From Felis catus (lineage: Eukaryota): a DNA stretch of 60,000 bases. A program made the translations under genes and the position numbers. The notes under the pieces were generated by a model, which made no database searches, was not told the origin of the DNA, and saw only the letters and a program-made list of their open reading frames with translations. Location of the stretch: NCBI RefSeq assembly GCF_018350175.1, contig NC_058383.1:8000001-8060000 (forward strand). The letters run 5' to 3'. Position 1 is the stretch's first letter. Each line of letters starts with the position of its first letter. Positions 1-12,354 of the stretch are shown here, one piece after another.

Positions 1-292
1 ATGCATGGTCAAGATGACTAAGATTGGGATAAATATATTTCAGTAAAAAAATGATGACTTTTAATATCAAAAGTACACTGGTACAAAATAAGAATTGGTT
101 TCTTGTTAAAAAAACAACAACAAAATTTTCTTGGACTTTTGGTCTGCTTTTGGCAACAGGTTATGAAGTTTCTTTACCTTTTAAGTAATCTGCACAGAAA
201 GCAAAAATTTTGTGTCTTGCCAAAACAATTTACTGTGCTTCATGGCATCCTTTATCATGGCATCTTTGATTACTTAAGAAAACAGTCTTCTC

Positions 293-515
293 GGGGTGCC
301 TGGGTGGCTCAGTCGGTTGAGCGCCGGACTTCAGCTCAGGTCATGATCTCATGGTCCGTGAGCTCGAGCCCCGCGTCGGGCTCTGTGCTGACAGCTCAGA
401 GCCTGGAGCCTGCTTCAGATTCTGTGTCTCTCTCTCTCTCTGCCCCTCCCCTGCTCATACTGTCTCTCTCTGTCTCTGAAACATAAATAAACATTAAAAA
501 AAAAAGAAAAAGAAA
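293..515 (+). mobile_element. Can-SINE (SINEC_Fc-type)
   Basis: GGGGTGCCTGGGTGGCTCAGTCGG head, (CT)n, AATAAA and A tail; perfect 17-bp TSD AAGAAAACAGTCTTCTC at 276-292 and 516-532. Confidence 0.95.
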
Positions 516-747
516 AAGAAAACAGTCTTCTCTATTAAAAGAGCTAAGTTTTTTTTTTTTTTAACAACTATTTAACTGTATTTGACTATAAGGTCTTCAA
601 CTGCCACTATGGTTAAAATAGGTAAGTACTGGTTCACAGTGACCTGTGAACCTATTTGACCAAGTGTTTTTAAATATTTTTGTATTTTTGACAAACTTCT
701 CAAAATCAAATTCTAAATGAAGTATTTTTGACCTCGTGAACTTTGGG

Positions 748-966
748 ATTTTTTTATTTGAGAGAGAGAGAGCAAGAGTGCAAGTGGGTGAGGGGGCAGA
801 AGGGAGAGAGAAAGGGAGAGAGAGGGAGGGAGAGAGAGAATCTCAAGCAGGCTCCACATTCAGCATGGAGCCAAACACTCAGGGCTTGATCCCATGATCC
901 TGGGATCATGACCTGAGCAGAAATCAAGAGTCAGATACTCAAATAACTGAGCCACCCAGGCACCCC
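748..966 (-). mobile_element. Can-SINE
   Basis: Reverse-complement head (GCCACCCAGGCACCCC), (GA)n body, TSD AACTTTGGGATTTTT. Confidence 0.9.
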
Positions 967-3179
967 AACTTTGGGATTTTTTAAGAGGCGTCCTGGAACA
1001 TCTCTAAATATTTGTTTTCTCTCCTTATAGAAAGAGATGTTAAACTAGTAAGATATATGTGGTATGCTAAATTGTATGGGAAGCATTGTCAAATAAGAAG
1101 TAAAACTAAGCCTTCCTTATGGTGAAGATATGTACATGAAATTCCTAAAGTCTGATATGTCCCGGTATAATGTTATCACCATAATTCCAGTTATCATTTA
1201 AAAATGTTGGATGCCACAAAAGTTTCCTTGTCAGTTCCACTATAAAGAACTCTCAACAGATCTTTAATAGCGGGCATTTTTTGTCTGTTGTCATTTACAC
1301 ATAGTTATTGCTTTACTCAGGTGCTTTTGCAATAATGTTCCTCCCAAAGTGCGTCATGAATCAAGGAGATTCATAGCGAGGACTTTGGCAAGTACAGGTT
1401 TTATAACTTTAAGATCATAAAAATGAACTGGATAAGAATTTCTTTAACTACTAGAAAAACTGGATTCAAGCAGAACAGGGATTAATCGCATGGAAGTGGA
1501 TGAACCAAGCAGGATGATTGTAATTCTTTATGACTTTTTGTTTGAAACATTGCTGGTTCTTTAATGTTTTATTTTCCAAGATTTAAGAAACCTTTTCTCA
1601 AGCTATGTATGACCTACAGCAATCTGGTAAAGTATACCCTTATGACAAAGATGAAACATTTACTTTCTCTCCCTGCCCAATTCCTTCAGAATTTAGAAAC
1701 TTTTGCATATTCTTTTCACAGCAATATAACTGGTTATTTGCAGAAGTTCAATAAGAATTTGCTCTTCTTGAAACTGGACACAATTGGAAACAATGGCTAT
1801 ATTACCTAGGCTTTGATTGGAATGTGTTATTGGAGAGAGATGTGTATAGACTCAGATATGACCAGACAGCTTTCAGGAACTGCTTGGAAAGTTAGCCTAG
1901 TACCTTGTTTATAGCGTTCCCAGCAGCCTTACTAGGTGGATAAGGAAGGTCACTCCCTGGCAGGCCCACAAATATCTCAGGATATTTAGGGGGACCTCAA
2001 GAAGGCAGGAATTCACCCAAATCAAAGTACTGCAGGTAAAATCTAATGGTCCTTGGCTTAGCCTCCTGACCTCAGGGCTTTTAAGAGTTCAATCTGAGAT
2101 TTCTCATGAAAATTTCCAGTGAAGCAGACTTAAAAAGGGGTTTATATGGTCAATCACTATTCTTACTACACTTACGTAAATAAATAATCAGGCCAAGTTT
2201 AATGTGAACAAACTAGCTTTAATGTGATTATCTATGGTTAAAAATAAGAGTGGGGCTAATTGTAGAAAGAAAAATTATGCTTGCAGCTTTATAGAGTTTA
2301 GATTTTAATCTTGTTAATTGTCTTTGAAGTTTTGTGATATACCTGTAAAGCAGACTTGATCCTGAACTCTTCTAGTTCTCAAACATCTATCTAGCTATGA
2401 CTCTCCAAACTAATGTTTACAATTTTCTCCCACCCTTCTGATTTGAGATCAGTTAAAACAAAGACTTCCTTTGAATCTTCTTGCAAGAGCCTATACCAGG
2501 TCCTCCCCACTGCCCAGATGGCAGCCAGACTTCAGGGACTCAAATGCTGGGTACACATCTTACAGCCGAAGAAGGTTCCACCTGAGTCCTGGTCCTATGC
2601 GGACGCTGGCGACTCTCCGCATCAAATGACTAGGAAGAGAAGCAGCTGACATTGATTGGATTCTTTCCATCAAAGATGCCAGATCAAGACTTCTTACTTT
2701 AAACATAAAACCCTTTCTTCTTTTCTTTCTTTCCTTTACCCTTCATTGGCCTAGAAAGATAACACTACTATGCAGTAATTATGAAATTATATCTCAGACA
2801 AATAAGATTTGTTTGTTAGCCTTTTGCTGTAAAGTTATTCACTACAGAGACCACAGTTTCTAGGGTGCAGAATTGTTGGAATTTATCACGTTTCCTTTGT
2901 AATTTAGTGCATGGCCAATGTCTGTGAATGCCCCATGTGTGCTCTCAAAGTATGGCTAGTTTCTGTTTCTTGGGAATAAAGATACTCTCAAATACATTAA
3001 TATACATAATGAATTGTTATTAGATCATGTTTAGCAATGTTTATCCAAATATTCCGTTTCAGAGTTAGGCTGAAGATAGATATTTCCTTAGGAGAAAGAT
3101 ATGAAAGGGGGTTGAGATCTTGAAAGCCAAAAAGACTTTAAGGCAGGAAACATTATAATATAAAGGCTTGGTTGATGTT

Positions 3180-3570
3180 AGCATATGATATTAGCATAAT
3201 GGTAAAAATGGTCAGTTAACTGCAAAAATATAACAATTCTAAATGTGTATTGATTTAATATACCTTAAAATACATAAGTCACAAACTGGCAGAATTATGA
3301 AAAGGAATGGACAAATTCCTAGCCTTGTGAGATATTTACAAAAGCACGTGTTGGTGATTAAGATCTCAGACAGAAAAAAAATTACATTAAAAATATAGAG
3401 GAGTTGAATAAGACAGTTATAAGCTTGTTGTGGTGGACATAAAAGAAAATTTTGGCCCCAGAAATTTAAAGAACATACATACATACATTTTTCTCAAACA
3501 CACATGAGGCATTTATAAAAACCTATGACACACTAATCCATAAAGCACATCTCTGTAAATATCAAAGGGA
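3180..3570 (+). mobile_element. Old L1 (L1M) ORF2 endonuclease-region fragment
   Basis: A-rich L1-like phrases (GAACATACAT...TTTTCTCAAACACACATG...CATAAAGCACATCTC). Confidence 0.55.
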
Positions 3571-3727
3571 GGCAAGAATGAAAACCAGAGGCCAGTGAGG
3601 AGGTATTTCAGTCGTTCAGGAAAAAAGTAAGGAGAAGAGGTTGGATTCAGGGTACATTTTGAAGGTAAAGCTGACAAAAGTTTGCTGATGGACCGGATAC
3701 ACAATGCAACAGAAAAAGAAGAACCAA

Positions 3728-4350
3728 GATGGTGACTATAGTTAACAATACTGTGCCGTATGTTTGAAAGTGGCTAAGGGAGTATATCTGAAAAGTTCTC
3801 ATCACAGGAAAAAAATTATAGCTATGTAAGTTGATGGACATTAACTAAACTTATTGTGATAATCATTTCATAACATATGCATGTATCAAATCATTATTTT
3901 GTGCATTGTCAGAAATAAGACATGGGCCCAAAACGGAGTCACTTATGCTTAGCCCCATGGCACCAAACCAAGACTTACTTATGGTTTTGGCTCTCCCAGA
4001 AATAGGATCTTAAACCAGTCAATCAGGAATCACCTGATCAACACCAGTGAGGTCACCTGCATGACAGACCCCAACCATTCCCTAAAGGAAAGTAACCTTG
4101 AAATAGCCAACCTACTTTCTTGCCCTAGCATAACTTCCTTGTTCCTCTCTATAAAAATCCTTCATTTTGTACAATTCCTAGGCGCTCCCTTCTAGATTGG
4201 ATGCTGCCAAATTCATAAATCATTGAACAAAGCCCATAAGATTTTTGAAAGTTATTCACTTGAATTTTGTTGTTTAACAACACCTAAAACCAGTACAATG
4301 TTATATGTCAATTGTATCTCAATTCAAAAGAAAAGGAAAGAAAAGAAAAG
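3728..4350 (+). mobile_element. L1MA/MB-type 3' end, interrupted by an LTR
   Basis: GTGACTATAGTTAACAATACTG...AAAAGTTCTCATCAC...TTATTGTGATAATCATTTCA...TACAATGTTATATGTCAATTGTATCTCAAT followed by an A-rich tail. Confidence 0.8.
3907..4279 (+). mobile_element. Solo ERV1 LTR (MER34-like)
   Basis: TG...CA termini, ~370 bp, internal CTATAAAA TATA-like box, cleanly splits the L1 3' end; family name from memory. Confidence 0.7.
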
Positions 4351-4491
4351 AAAAGGAATAGGAATCAAGGATGATTGCAAGGTGTGTGTGGCCTCAGCAA
4401 CTGTAAGATGGAGTTCTATTACAGAGATGGAGATGCCTGGGGTGGAGGGGGCAGGCTAGGATCGGGGGCTCATGTTAGGAGTGGAAGTCTG

Positions 4492-4670
4492 GGGGCACCT
4501 GGTTGACTCAGGTCATGATCTCATAGTTTGTGAGTTCAAGCCCCAGGTTGGGCTCTGTGCTGTCAATGAAGAGCCTGCTTCAGATCCTCTGTCTCCCTCT
4601 CTCTGCCCTTCCCCTGCTTGCACTCTCCCTCTCTCTCAAAATTAAATAAACATTAAAAAAAAAAAAAAAG
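4492..4670 (+). mobile_element. Can-SINE
   Basis: GGGGCACCTGG head, (CT)n, AATAAA and poly-A. Confidence 0.9.
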
Positions 4671-5321
4671 AATGGACATCTGTTTGACTTACACGTGGAA
4701 ATGTCCAGTGGGGCAGTCAGGCACGAGTCTGGAAGTGAGGGGAAAATACTGGTCTGGGGATGAGGTTTGGAAATAGCCTTCCTACCACGGATGTAACATC
4801 AGTTGGCACTGTAAAACTGGGAGAGATCACCTCTGGAAGGAGTGTGGACAGATAGGAGGTCTCAATGCGCTCTGATGTTTAGAGTCAGAAAGATAGAGAT
4901 CCAGAGAAGGTGGGGACAGAAAGCAGGAAGAGAAACAGGAGGGCTGGGAGACTAAGTCTCCAACAGGAAAGAGATCCGGGGAGTGGGGGATCTCCTTTGT
5001 CAAATGCTCAGCCAAGAGGAGCACCAATAAGGTGCAGGTCATTGGTGACCTTGGCCAGAACAGCCTGGGGTGGGGAGGGAGGGGGTTGAGAACAAAAGCC
5101 TGATTGTAGTGGGTTCAAGAGGAAAAGAAAAACAAACCAGAGAATGAAGAGCATGTGAAGTCAAGCAGGGGACTGTTTTTTTTGTTTTGTTTTGTTTTGT
5201 TTTGTTTTAAGACAGGAAATATATTAAAGAAGAATCCAGGGGAGAGAGGAACAGGTGATGTTGCAGGACAGAGGCAAATACAGAAGAGAAGTCCTTGAGT
5301 AGGTAAGGGGTGAATCCTAGC

Positions 5322-5530
5322 CGTGCAGGGCTGAACCATATTGAAGTTAGAAGCCAAACGAAAAATCAGTAATACTGATTCAGCCCTTACTTAAAATTTT
5401 GATATCTTGCTCACTGTGGATTTCTTGCACTGATTTTGCTTTTAAAATATTGCATTAAAATATTATTTACGTTGATTAATGTTTTGGTTTTTATTTTGGT
5501 AGTCTTTCATATTTTGCACCTGAAGCCCTG
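5322..5530 (-). mobile_element. hAT-type MITE (MER53-like)
   Basis: AATCAGTAATACTGAT...AAAATTTTGATAT...AAAATATTGCATTAAAATATTATTTA matches recalled MER53 consensus. Confidence 0.55.
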
Positions 5531-6076
5531 TGGAGGGGAATCTTTGCAGATTTCCTAGTATAAGAGGGCGGTGGAATGGAGGCGAGTGTATCAGAATAGA
5601 GGGTACAGGGCTTCTTAAGATTGGCAGGACCCGCCGCGCGGGCGGACAGGCATCCCTCAAAGCCCAGAAACCAGGATAGGTAGTTTGTGTGGGCTCCTCC
5701 GTAACGCACCAAGACCAGGACTAGAGAGTCAGCTTCAGCGGAGAGAGAGCTCCCTCTGGTGGGTCTGGGTGGCAAAGACAGCTCAGAGCCGAAGGTGCTG
5801 CGGGGTGTGGGGTGTGCAGGGGCGCGGGTGACCAGGGTGCCAGCAGAGGAAGAGAAACCCTGGAACACCCCCTAGTGATCAGGGAAGGAGGAGGTCAGGC
5901 AGCCGATAGAGGAGAGCATTTTGAGAAGGGAGTGATCAATGGTTTCAAATGTCCGAGAGTCCTCATTTAATTTTGGCCTGATTATTTGTACAGGTGCAGC
6001 AAAGGGTGTACATCAACACATGTAAATCTCTTCAAGTATACAATATTTTTCAAACTAAGATGAAAAACTTATCTTC

Positions 6077-6296
6077 CGGGGCGCCTGGGTGGCTCAGTTG
6101 GTTAAGCACCCGACTTCCGCTCAGGTCATCAATTTGCACAACTGGCGGTTTGTGGGTTAGAGCCCTGTGTTGGGTTCTGTGCTAATGGGTCAGAGCCTGG
6201 AGCCTGCTGCGGATTCTGTGTCTCCCTCTCTCTCTGCCCCTCCCCCGCTCGTGCTCTGTCTCTGACTCTCTCAAAAATAAATAAACATTAAAAAAA
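6077..6296 (+). mobile_element. Can-SINE
   Basis: Full head, body and tail; flanked by TTATCTTCC repeats. Confidence 0.92.
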
Positions 6297-7379
6297 TTTT
6301 TTTTCATTATCTTCCATGTGGAAATTTTCTAAAGGAATTAAAGCTTGGAATTTTAAAAGCCTCTAGTATTTGTTTTTCTATGCTTGACCAGGCCAAGAAA
6401 TTCCCTTCATGAAATTTCACCTGCAGTGCCTATAAGTCCAATGAAATCTTATCTCAGGGCTATTCCTAACATTTTTAAGGTTCTGATTCTCAAGAAGTGA
6501 CCTTCCTTACCACTGTGAGGCTGGAAACTTAGAAAAATAATGAACAAAGTGTTAGAGAGGTTGGGGGATGTAAAAGGTAAAAAGAAGCTACTGTCAACCT
6601 GGGCTATTGGTGTAGATTTCCTCTCACTTGGTGTCGGATCATGGGGTCTTTGGCACTGGGCCACGTGAGCTGGCTGGCCAGTGACAGGATGGATTTTTGA
6701 GTGATTCAGAGCAACTTTGGTTCCTATAAGACCGACTGAATTCCAGCTCCACACCAACCAAAATATCAGGATTGAGTTCACCAGCTCTGGTATCCAGAAG
6801 GTGAGCAGGAAGTTGGGCACCACCACCCATCTCACCTGGATAGCTGGAGGTAGAAACTATTTCTTTGGAGCAGGAGTTATGTATTCAGTCATGCTTCTCA
6901 GCGGAAACTAACACATCGAGTCTGATGGGTTTAGGGTGCACATCAAACCCACATTGTCTGCTCTGCTGGATACCAGAAGCACCATAACCAGGACCGCAGG
7001 CTGGATTTAGCACTATAATTTTGCTTTTAAGTGAATGCTACACAATAATTTCATTTTAAACTATTTTGCCACATAGCTACCTTCAGAATCTAATGGTTCT
7101 TTTTAATGATAAAGGTCTGGGATGTAAATATTGCTAAGGATCCCATGATGCCTGCATGTTGGTTTCCTCCTGGAAACTGAGGCAGCCCAGCAGAAAATAA
7201 AACCTAAGGGAGACTTAAGTACAGCTGAATTCCAGGTGTGCTCCCCAGCCTACACTCTGGTGATCTGGCAGAAGGTGGAAGCCTTAAGGGGCCCAGGAAC
7301 TTGAGCACATGCAGATGACAGGAGATCCCAAAGTCAGACTAAAATAAATAAGAACAGAAGAACCAAACAGAGATATCAA

Positions 7380-7767
7380 TGACTACACACAACTGGAGAA
7401 ACAAGTCCAGTTTAGGTCTAGTTAAGTTGCTAAGCAACAGCAGCATCAGCAACAACCCTCAGCATCGAATGCTCCAAGATGCACAAAGAAATAGGAAAAT
7501 GTGGCCCATACTCAGGAGAAAAGAGTAGTCAACAGAAACTGATTTTGAGTGGGCTAGATAAGGTATTTAGCAGACAGATACTTCAAAACAGCTATTATGA
7601 ATATTTGCAAAGAATTAAAGGGATTGCACTGATGAGAGTGACTCAAAAAATAGAAAATCTCAGCAGGGAAACAGAGTCTATTTTTTTTTAAAGAACTAGA
7701 TGGAAACTCTATGTCTGTAAAGTAAAATAACTGGGATGAAAATTTCATTAGAAGGGTTCAACAGCAG
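7380..7767 (+). mobile_element. Old L1 5'/ORF1-region fragment
   Basis: CAAATAG-like GAAAATCTCAGCAGGGAAACAGA and AAATTTCATTAGAAGGGTTCAACAGCAG phrases typical of L1M ORF1. Confidence 0.6.
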
Positions 7768-7895
7768 GGGCACCTGGGTGGCTCAGTTGGTTAAGCATCC
7801 AACACTTGATCTCAGCTCAGGTCTTGGGTTCAGGATTGTGAGTTCAAGACCCATGTTTGGCTCCACGCTGAGCATGAAGCCTACTTAAAAAAAAA
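7767..7895 (+). mobile_element. Short older Can-SINE lacking the CT tract
   Basis: tRNA-like head ending CCTACTTAAAAAAA. Confidence 0.8.
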
Positions 7896-8316
7896 GGGGG
7901 GGGTACAACTCGTGTGTTCATATAGGGACCAGGAAGTATTTACTAACACGGAAACTTGCCCAAATTCTGTTTCCACAGGCCAAGAACACGTTCTCAACTA
8001 AAAATCTGCAATTAGGCTACACTACATCTTGAATGGTTTCCCTATTCTTTCATTTGCTCCTTCTCCATTCCTTTAGTGTGTATGAAGTGACTGGGGTATA
8101 TGCACAAGCATCTTGCTTTTTTTTCTTTAAATAAATGGCAATGATGAATATTCATCAACATTACATAGAGATGAATTAGAGAAAAATATTGTTTCTGTGA
8201 GAATACCCCCTTTTTCCATTAGGAACATGCTCTTTTAACTCCCATTTTTATATTCCAGTAAGTTATTAGCTCTTACTGTCTAACAAAAACAATAACAAAA
8301 ATATTCCTGCATTTTT

Positions 8317-8420
8317 GGGGGCACCTGGCTCAGTCAGGAGAGCATGTGACTCTTGATCTTGGGGTTGTGAGTTCAAGCCCAGCATTGGGTGTAGAGATTA
8401 CTTAAAAATAAGATATTAAA
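8317..8420 (+). mobile_element. Short older Can-SINE
   Basis: GGGGCACCTGGCTCAGTC...GTAGAGATTACTTAAAAATAA; TSD AAAAATATTCCTGCA. Confidence 0.8.
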
Positions 8421-8589
8421 AAATATTCCTGCACATTTTGTTAGGAGAATTTCAATTGTCTTCATTTGTCATTGTAAAAACAAAGACAAATTTATAACTT
8501 TTTTCTATGTATGGCAATGTCTTTAAGTAGTGATAAATTGTTTTTCTTTAAATTTTTTCAGTAAATATATATCTATATATGTTTACTTT

Positions 8590-8991
8590 TGTATTTTTAA
8601 AATTCCAGTATAATTAACATATAGTGTTACATTAGTTTCAGGTGTACAATATAGTGATTCATCAATTCTATAGATTACTCAGTACTCATCAGGATAAATG
8701 TGTTCTTAATCTCCTTCTCCTATTTCACTCATCCCCCAACCCACCCCACCTCTGGTAACCACCAGTTTTTTCTCTCTAGTTAAGAGTCTGGTTTTTTGTT
8801 TATCTCTTTGTTCATTTGTTTTGTTTCTTAAATTCCACATATGACTGAAATCCTGTGGTATTTCTCTACGGTAAATCCTATGGTAATCTCTGACTGACTT
8901 ATTTCACTTAGAATTATACCCTCTAGATCCATTTATGTTGTTGCAAATGGCAAGGTTTCATTCTTTTTATAGTTGAGTAATATTCCTGTGT

Positions 8992-9028
<37 letters not shown>

Positions 9029-9052
9029 TGCGCATGTGCGTGTTTGTACACC
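8590..9052 (-). mobile_element. Carnivore L1 3' end (antisense) with (TG)n at ~8987-9023
   Basis: TTAGTTTCAGGTGTACAATATAGTGATTCA...CTCTGACTGACTTATTTCACTTAG...GTTGCAAATGGCAAG. Confidence 0.85.
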
Positions 9053-9371
9053 ACAGTGATAAATTACTTTTAAAGGATTCAATGTGGTTTTCTCTTCAAG
9101 TCAAGCATATTGTTGTTTAAATCAATTTCTTATTAAAAATTTTTAATTAAAGCAAAAATAAAGACAGAAAAGAACATTTCATAATGGGGAGAAGATATAA
9201 AAATTCTAAATATATAGGCATCTAATAACAGAGCCCCAAAATTCATAAAGCAAAACTGGCAAAACTGAATAAAGAACTAGACAATTTAACCACTAAAGGT
9301 GGAGATTTCAATATTCTCTCAGTAATTAATAAAACAACTAGGCAGAAAATAAATAAGAATATAGAACACTA

Positions 9372-9820
9372 GGGGTGCCTGGGTGGTTCAGTGGGTTAAG
9401 CGTCCACTTTGGTTCAAGTCACAATCTCGCAGTTTGTGGGCCCCTTGTCAGGCTCTGTGCTGATAGCTCAGAGCATGAAGCCTGCTTTGGATTCTGTGTG
9501 TGTGTCTCTCTCTCTGCTCCTCCCCTGCTCATGCTCTGTCTCTCTCTATCTCAAAAGTAAATAAACATTAAAAAATTTTTTAAAAAGGAGTGCCTGGGTG
9601 GCTTGGTCAGTTAAGCGTCTGAATTCAGCTCAGGTCATGATCTCACAGTTCATGAGTTCGAGCCCCATGTCGGGATCTGTGCTGACAACTTGGAGCCTGG
9701 ACCCTGCTTCAGATTCTGTGTGTGTGTCTCTCTCTCTGCCCCTTCCCCACTTGCGCTCTGTCTCTCTGTCTGTCTCTCAAAACTAAATAAACATTTAAAA
9801 AAATTTTTTTAATTAAAAAA
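9372..9820 (+). mobile_element. Two tandem Can-SINEs (9372-9580, 9588-9820)
   Basis: Two consecutive head-body-AATAAA units. Confidence 0.92.
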
Positions 9821-10196
9821 AGAACATAGAATACTTGAACTGTATTATCAACTAATTTGATCTAATATATATACACAACACTCCACCCAACAATGGCAGA
9901 GCATCCATTCTTTTCAAGCACACATGAAACAATTGTCCAAAATAAGCCATATACCAGGCCATAAATCAAGTCAGTAATTTTAAAAGGATTAGAATCATAC
10001 AAAGCATTTTCTCCAACAACAGAATTAAATTAGTAATCCACAAAAGGAAGAAATCTGGGAATCCCCAAATATTTGGAAATTAAATAATGCATTTCTAAAT
10101 AACCCACAGGTCAAAGAAGATATCATAAGGGAACTGGAAAATATCTAGAACTGAATGAAAAGGCAAACACAAGTAGCAAAATTGGTAAGAAACAGC

Positions 10197-10388
10197 AAGC
10201 GGTATAATAGAGCGAGCTGGTATTGGCTCATGAGACCCAATTGCGTATGTCCCTCCTCAACTTTGTGTTCAGTGGCCTCACACTGATAGCTTTAAATCAA
10301 TCATGGTGGGAGTATTTACACCACACAAATTGGCAAATGTTGTAAAGTCCCCAGACCTAGTCATTAAACATTTACTAGAACACCACTT
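10197..10388 (+). mobile_element. MER63A-like hAT MITE inserted in the L1
   Basis: CATGGTGGGAGTATTTACACCAC core, TAAACATTTACTAGAACACCACT end, AACAGCA duplicated on both sides. Confidence 0.75.
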
Positions 10389-10844
10389 AACAGCAGCTAA
10401 AGCAATGCTTAGAGGAAAACGTATAGCTTTAAATGCTGATGTTAAAAAAGAAGACAGATATAAGAGCAATAATGTAAGTTTCCATCTCAAGAAGCTAAAA
10501 AAAGAAGAGCATATCAAACCCAAACTAAGTAGAAGCAAATAAATAATAAAAATCAGAGTGGAATAAATGGAATAGAAAATAGAAAAGCAATAGAATTGGT
10601 TCTTTGAAAAGATCAACAAAATTGATAAATCTTTAGCAAGACTGACCAAGAAAAAAAGACAGAAGACACAGAGTACCAAAATCAGTAATGTCAGATGAGA
10701 AATTACTACAGATCCTAAATAATCAAAAGGAGTATAGGGATTATTATAAAGAGTTTTATGTCAACAAATTAAGCAACTTAGATGAAATGGACAAATTCCT
10801 ATTAACACCACCTAATTGACTCTATTAAGAAAATCTGGGCGGGG

Positions 10845-11050
10845 GGTGGTGCCTGAGTGGCTCAGTTGGATAAGCGTCCAACTCTTTATTTCGGCTCAGG
10901 TCATGATCTCACGGTTCACAGGATTGAGCCCTGAGTCTGACTCTGTGCTGACAGCACAGATCCTGCTTGGGATTCTCTCTCTCCCTCTCTCTCTGCCCCT
11001 CCCCTGCTCATACTCTCTCACAAAATAAATAAATAAACTTAAAAAAAATG
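10845..11050 (+). mobile_element. Can-SINE
   Basis: Head, body and tail present. Confidence 0.9.
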
Positions 11051-11189
11051 GGGGGGGGATAAAATCTGAATTGACCAATACTGTAAAAAAAATGAATGAA
11101 TAATTTAAAAACTTTTCCACAAAGTTCAGGCCTAGATGGCTTCACCAATGAATTTATCAAACTTTTAGGGAAGAAATAATGTTAATTCT

Positions 11190-11409
11190 TTAAAAAAATT
11201 TTTTTAATGTTTATTTATTTTTGAAAGAAGGAGAGAAAGACAGAGCATGAGTGGGGGAGGGGCAGAGAGAGGGGGAAACACAGAATCCAAAGCAGGCTCC
11301 AGGATCTGAGCTGTCAGCACAGAGCCCAACATGGGGCTTGAACTCACGAACCATGAGTTCATGACCTGAGCAGAAGTTGGATGCCCAACTGACAGCCACC
11401 CAGGTGCTC
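11190..11409 (-). mobile_element. Can-SINE
   Basis: Antisense; TSD AAT(G/A)TTAATTCT. Confidence 0.9.
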
Positions 11410-11567
11410 CAATATTAATTCTATATAAACTCTTTCAGGAAACAGAGGAGAAGGGAACACTTGCCAACTTATTTTATAAGTTTCATATTATCCCAATATC
11501 AAAGCCAAACAAAGACATGGCAAGACAATAAAATAACAGGCCAATATGACCCATGAACATAGACATA

Positions 11568-11688
11568 ATTTTTTTTTTAGTTTTTATTTATTTGTTTTTA
11601 GTAATCCCGACACCCAGTGTGGGACTTGAACTCACAACCCCAAGATCAGGAGTCCCATGCTCTTCCGACTGAGCCAGCCAGGTGCCCC
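11568..11688 (-). mobile_element. Short Can-SINE
   Basis: T tail ... GAGCCAGCCAGGTGCCCC; TAGACA on both sides. Confidence 0.8.
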
Positions 11689-11968
11689 TAGACACAAAAA
11701 TTTTAAACAAAACATTTTCAAACTGTATCCAGTAACATAGAAACAGGATTATACACTATGACTAAATGGAGTTCATTCTAGGAATGTAACATTGCTTTAA
11801 GTCTAAAAATAAAATAATGTAATGTATCACACTAATAGAACAAAGGAAAAATGCATGATTATCTCAACTGATGCAAAAAAAGAATTTGGAAAATCCAATT
11901 CTCATTTATGATTTTAAAAAAACCTTCAAAAATTCTCAATAAACTAGGAACAAAAAATACACAGCTAA

Positions 11969-12191
11969 GGGGCACCTGGGTGGCTTGGTCGGTTAAGCGT
12001 CCGACTTCGGCTCAGGTCATGATCTCACAGTCCGTGAGTTCGAGCCCCGCGTCGGGCTCTGTGCTGACAGCTCAGAGCCTGGAGCCTGTTTCGGATTCTG
12101 TGTCTCCCTCTCTCTCTGCTCCTCCCCTGTTCATGCCCTGTCTCTCTCTGTCTCAAAAAAATAAATAAACGTTAAAAAAATTAATAAAAAA
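11969..12191 (+). mobile_element. Can-SINE (relatively young)
   Basis: CpG-retaining body; TSD AAAAATACACAGCTAA. Confidence 0.95.
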
Positions 12192-12354
12192 AAAATACAC
12201 AGCTAATGTCACACCTAATGATGAAAGACTGACTGCTCACCCACATAGCCAGGAGCAAGACAAGAATGTCTGCTTTTACCACTCTTATTCAACATTTTCT
12301 GTAGATTCTATCCAGTTCAAAAAGGAAAGAAAAAAATTAAACACATACATACCA

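Larger units (their letters stand above)
1..2800 (+). mobile_element. Degenerate class I ERV internal remnant, interrupted by two SINEs; integrase C-terminus visible at ~2490-2640
   Basis: ORF 2413..2649 contains YQVLPTAQMAARLQGLKCWVHILQPKKVPPESW, resembling the gammaretroviral integrase C-terminal motif. The flanking AT-rich sequence resembles MER4-group internal sequence. Boundaries are approximate. Confidence 0.55.
3570..5960 (-). mobile_element. L2 LINE remnant (fragmented, hosts later insertions)
   Basis: Purine-rich antisense L2 phrases: GGATTCAGGGTACATTTTGAAGGTAAAGCTGAC, GGAATCAAGGATGATTGCAAGG...GGCCTCAGCAACTG, GGTCATTGGTGACCTTG. Confidence 0.6.

Noticed and set aside
293..370. tRNA-like A and B boxes in SINE heads
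   Set aside because: tRNA-derived SINE promoters, not tRNA genes
103..486. Recurrent ORFs with WVAQSV...SAQVMIS...SVLTAQSLEPASDSVS
   Set aside because: Translations of Can-SINE sequence, not genes
6300..7200. ORFs at 6449-6911 and a 12-bp inverted repeat (TCTGGTATCCAG 6787, CTGGATACCAGA 6966)
   Set aside because: No recognisable protein; probably old ERV internal or leader sequence, which I could not confirm; the repeat is too short to be meaningful
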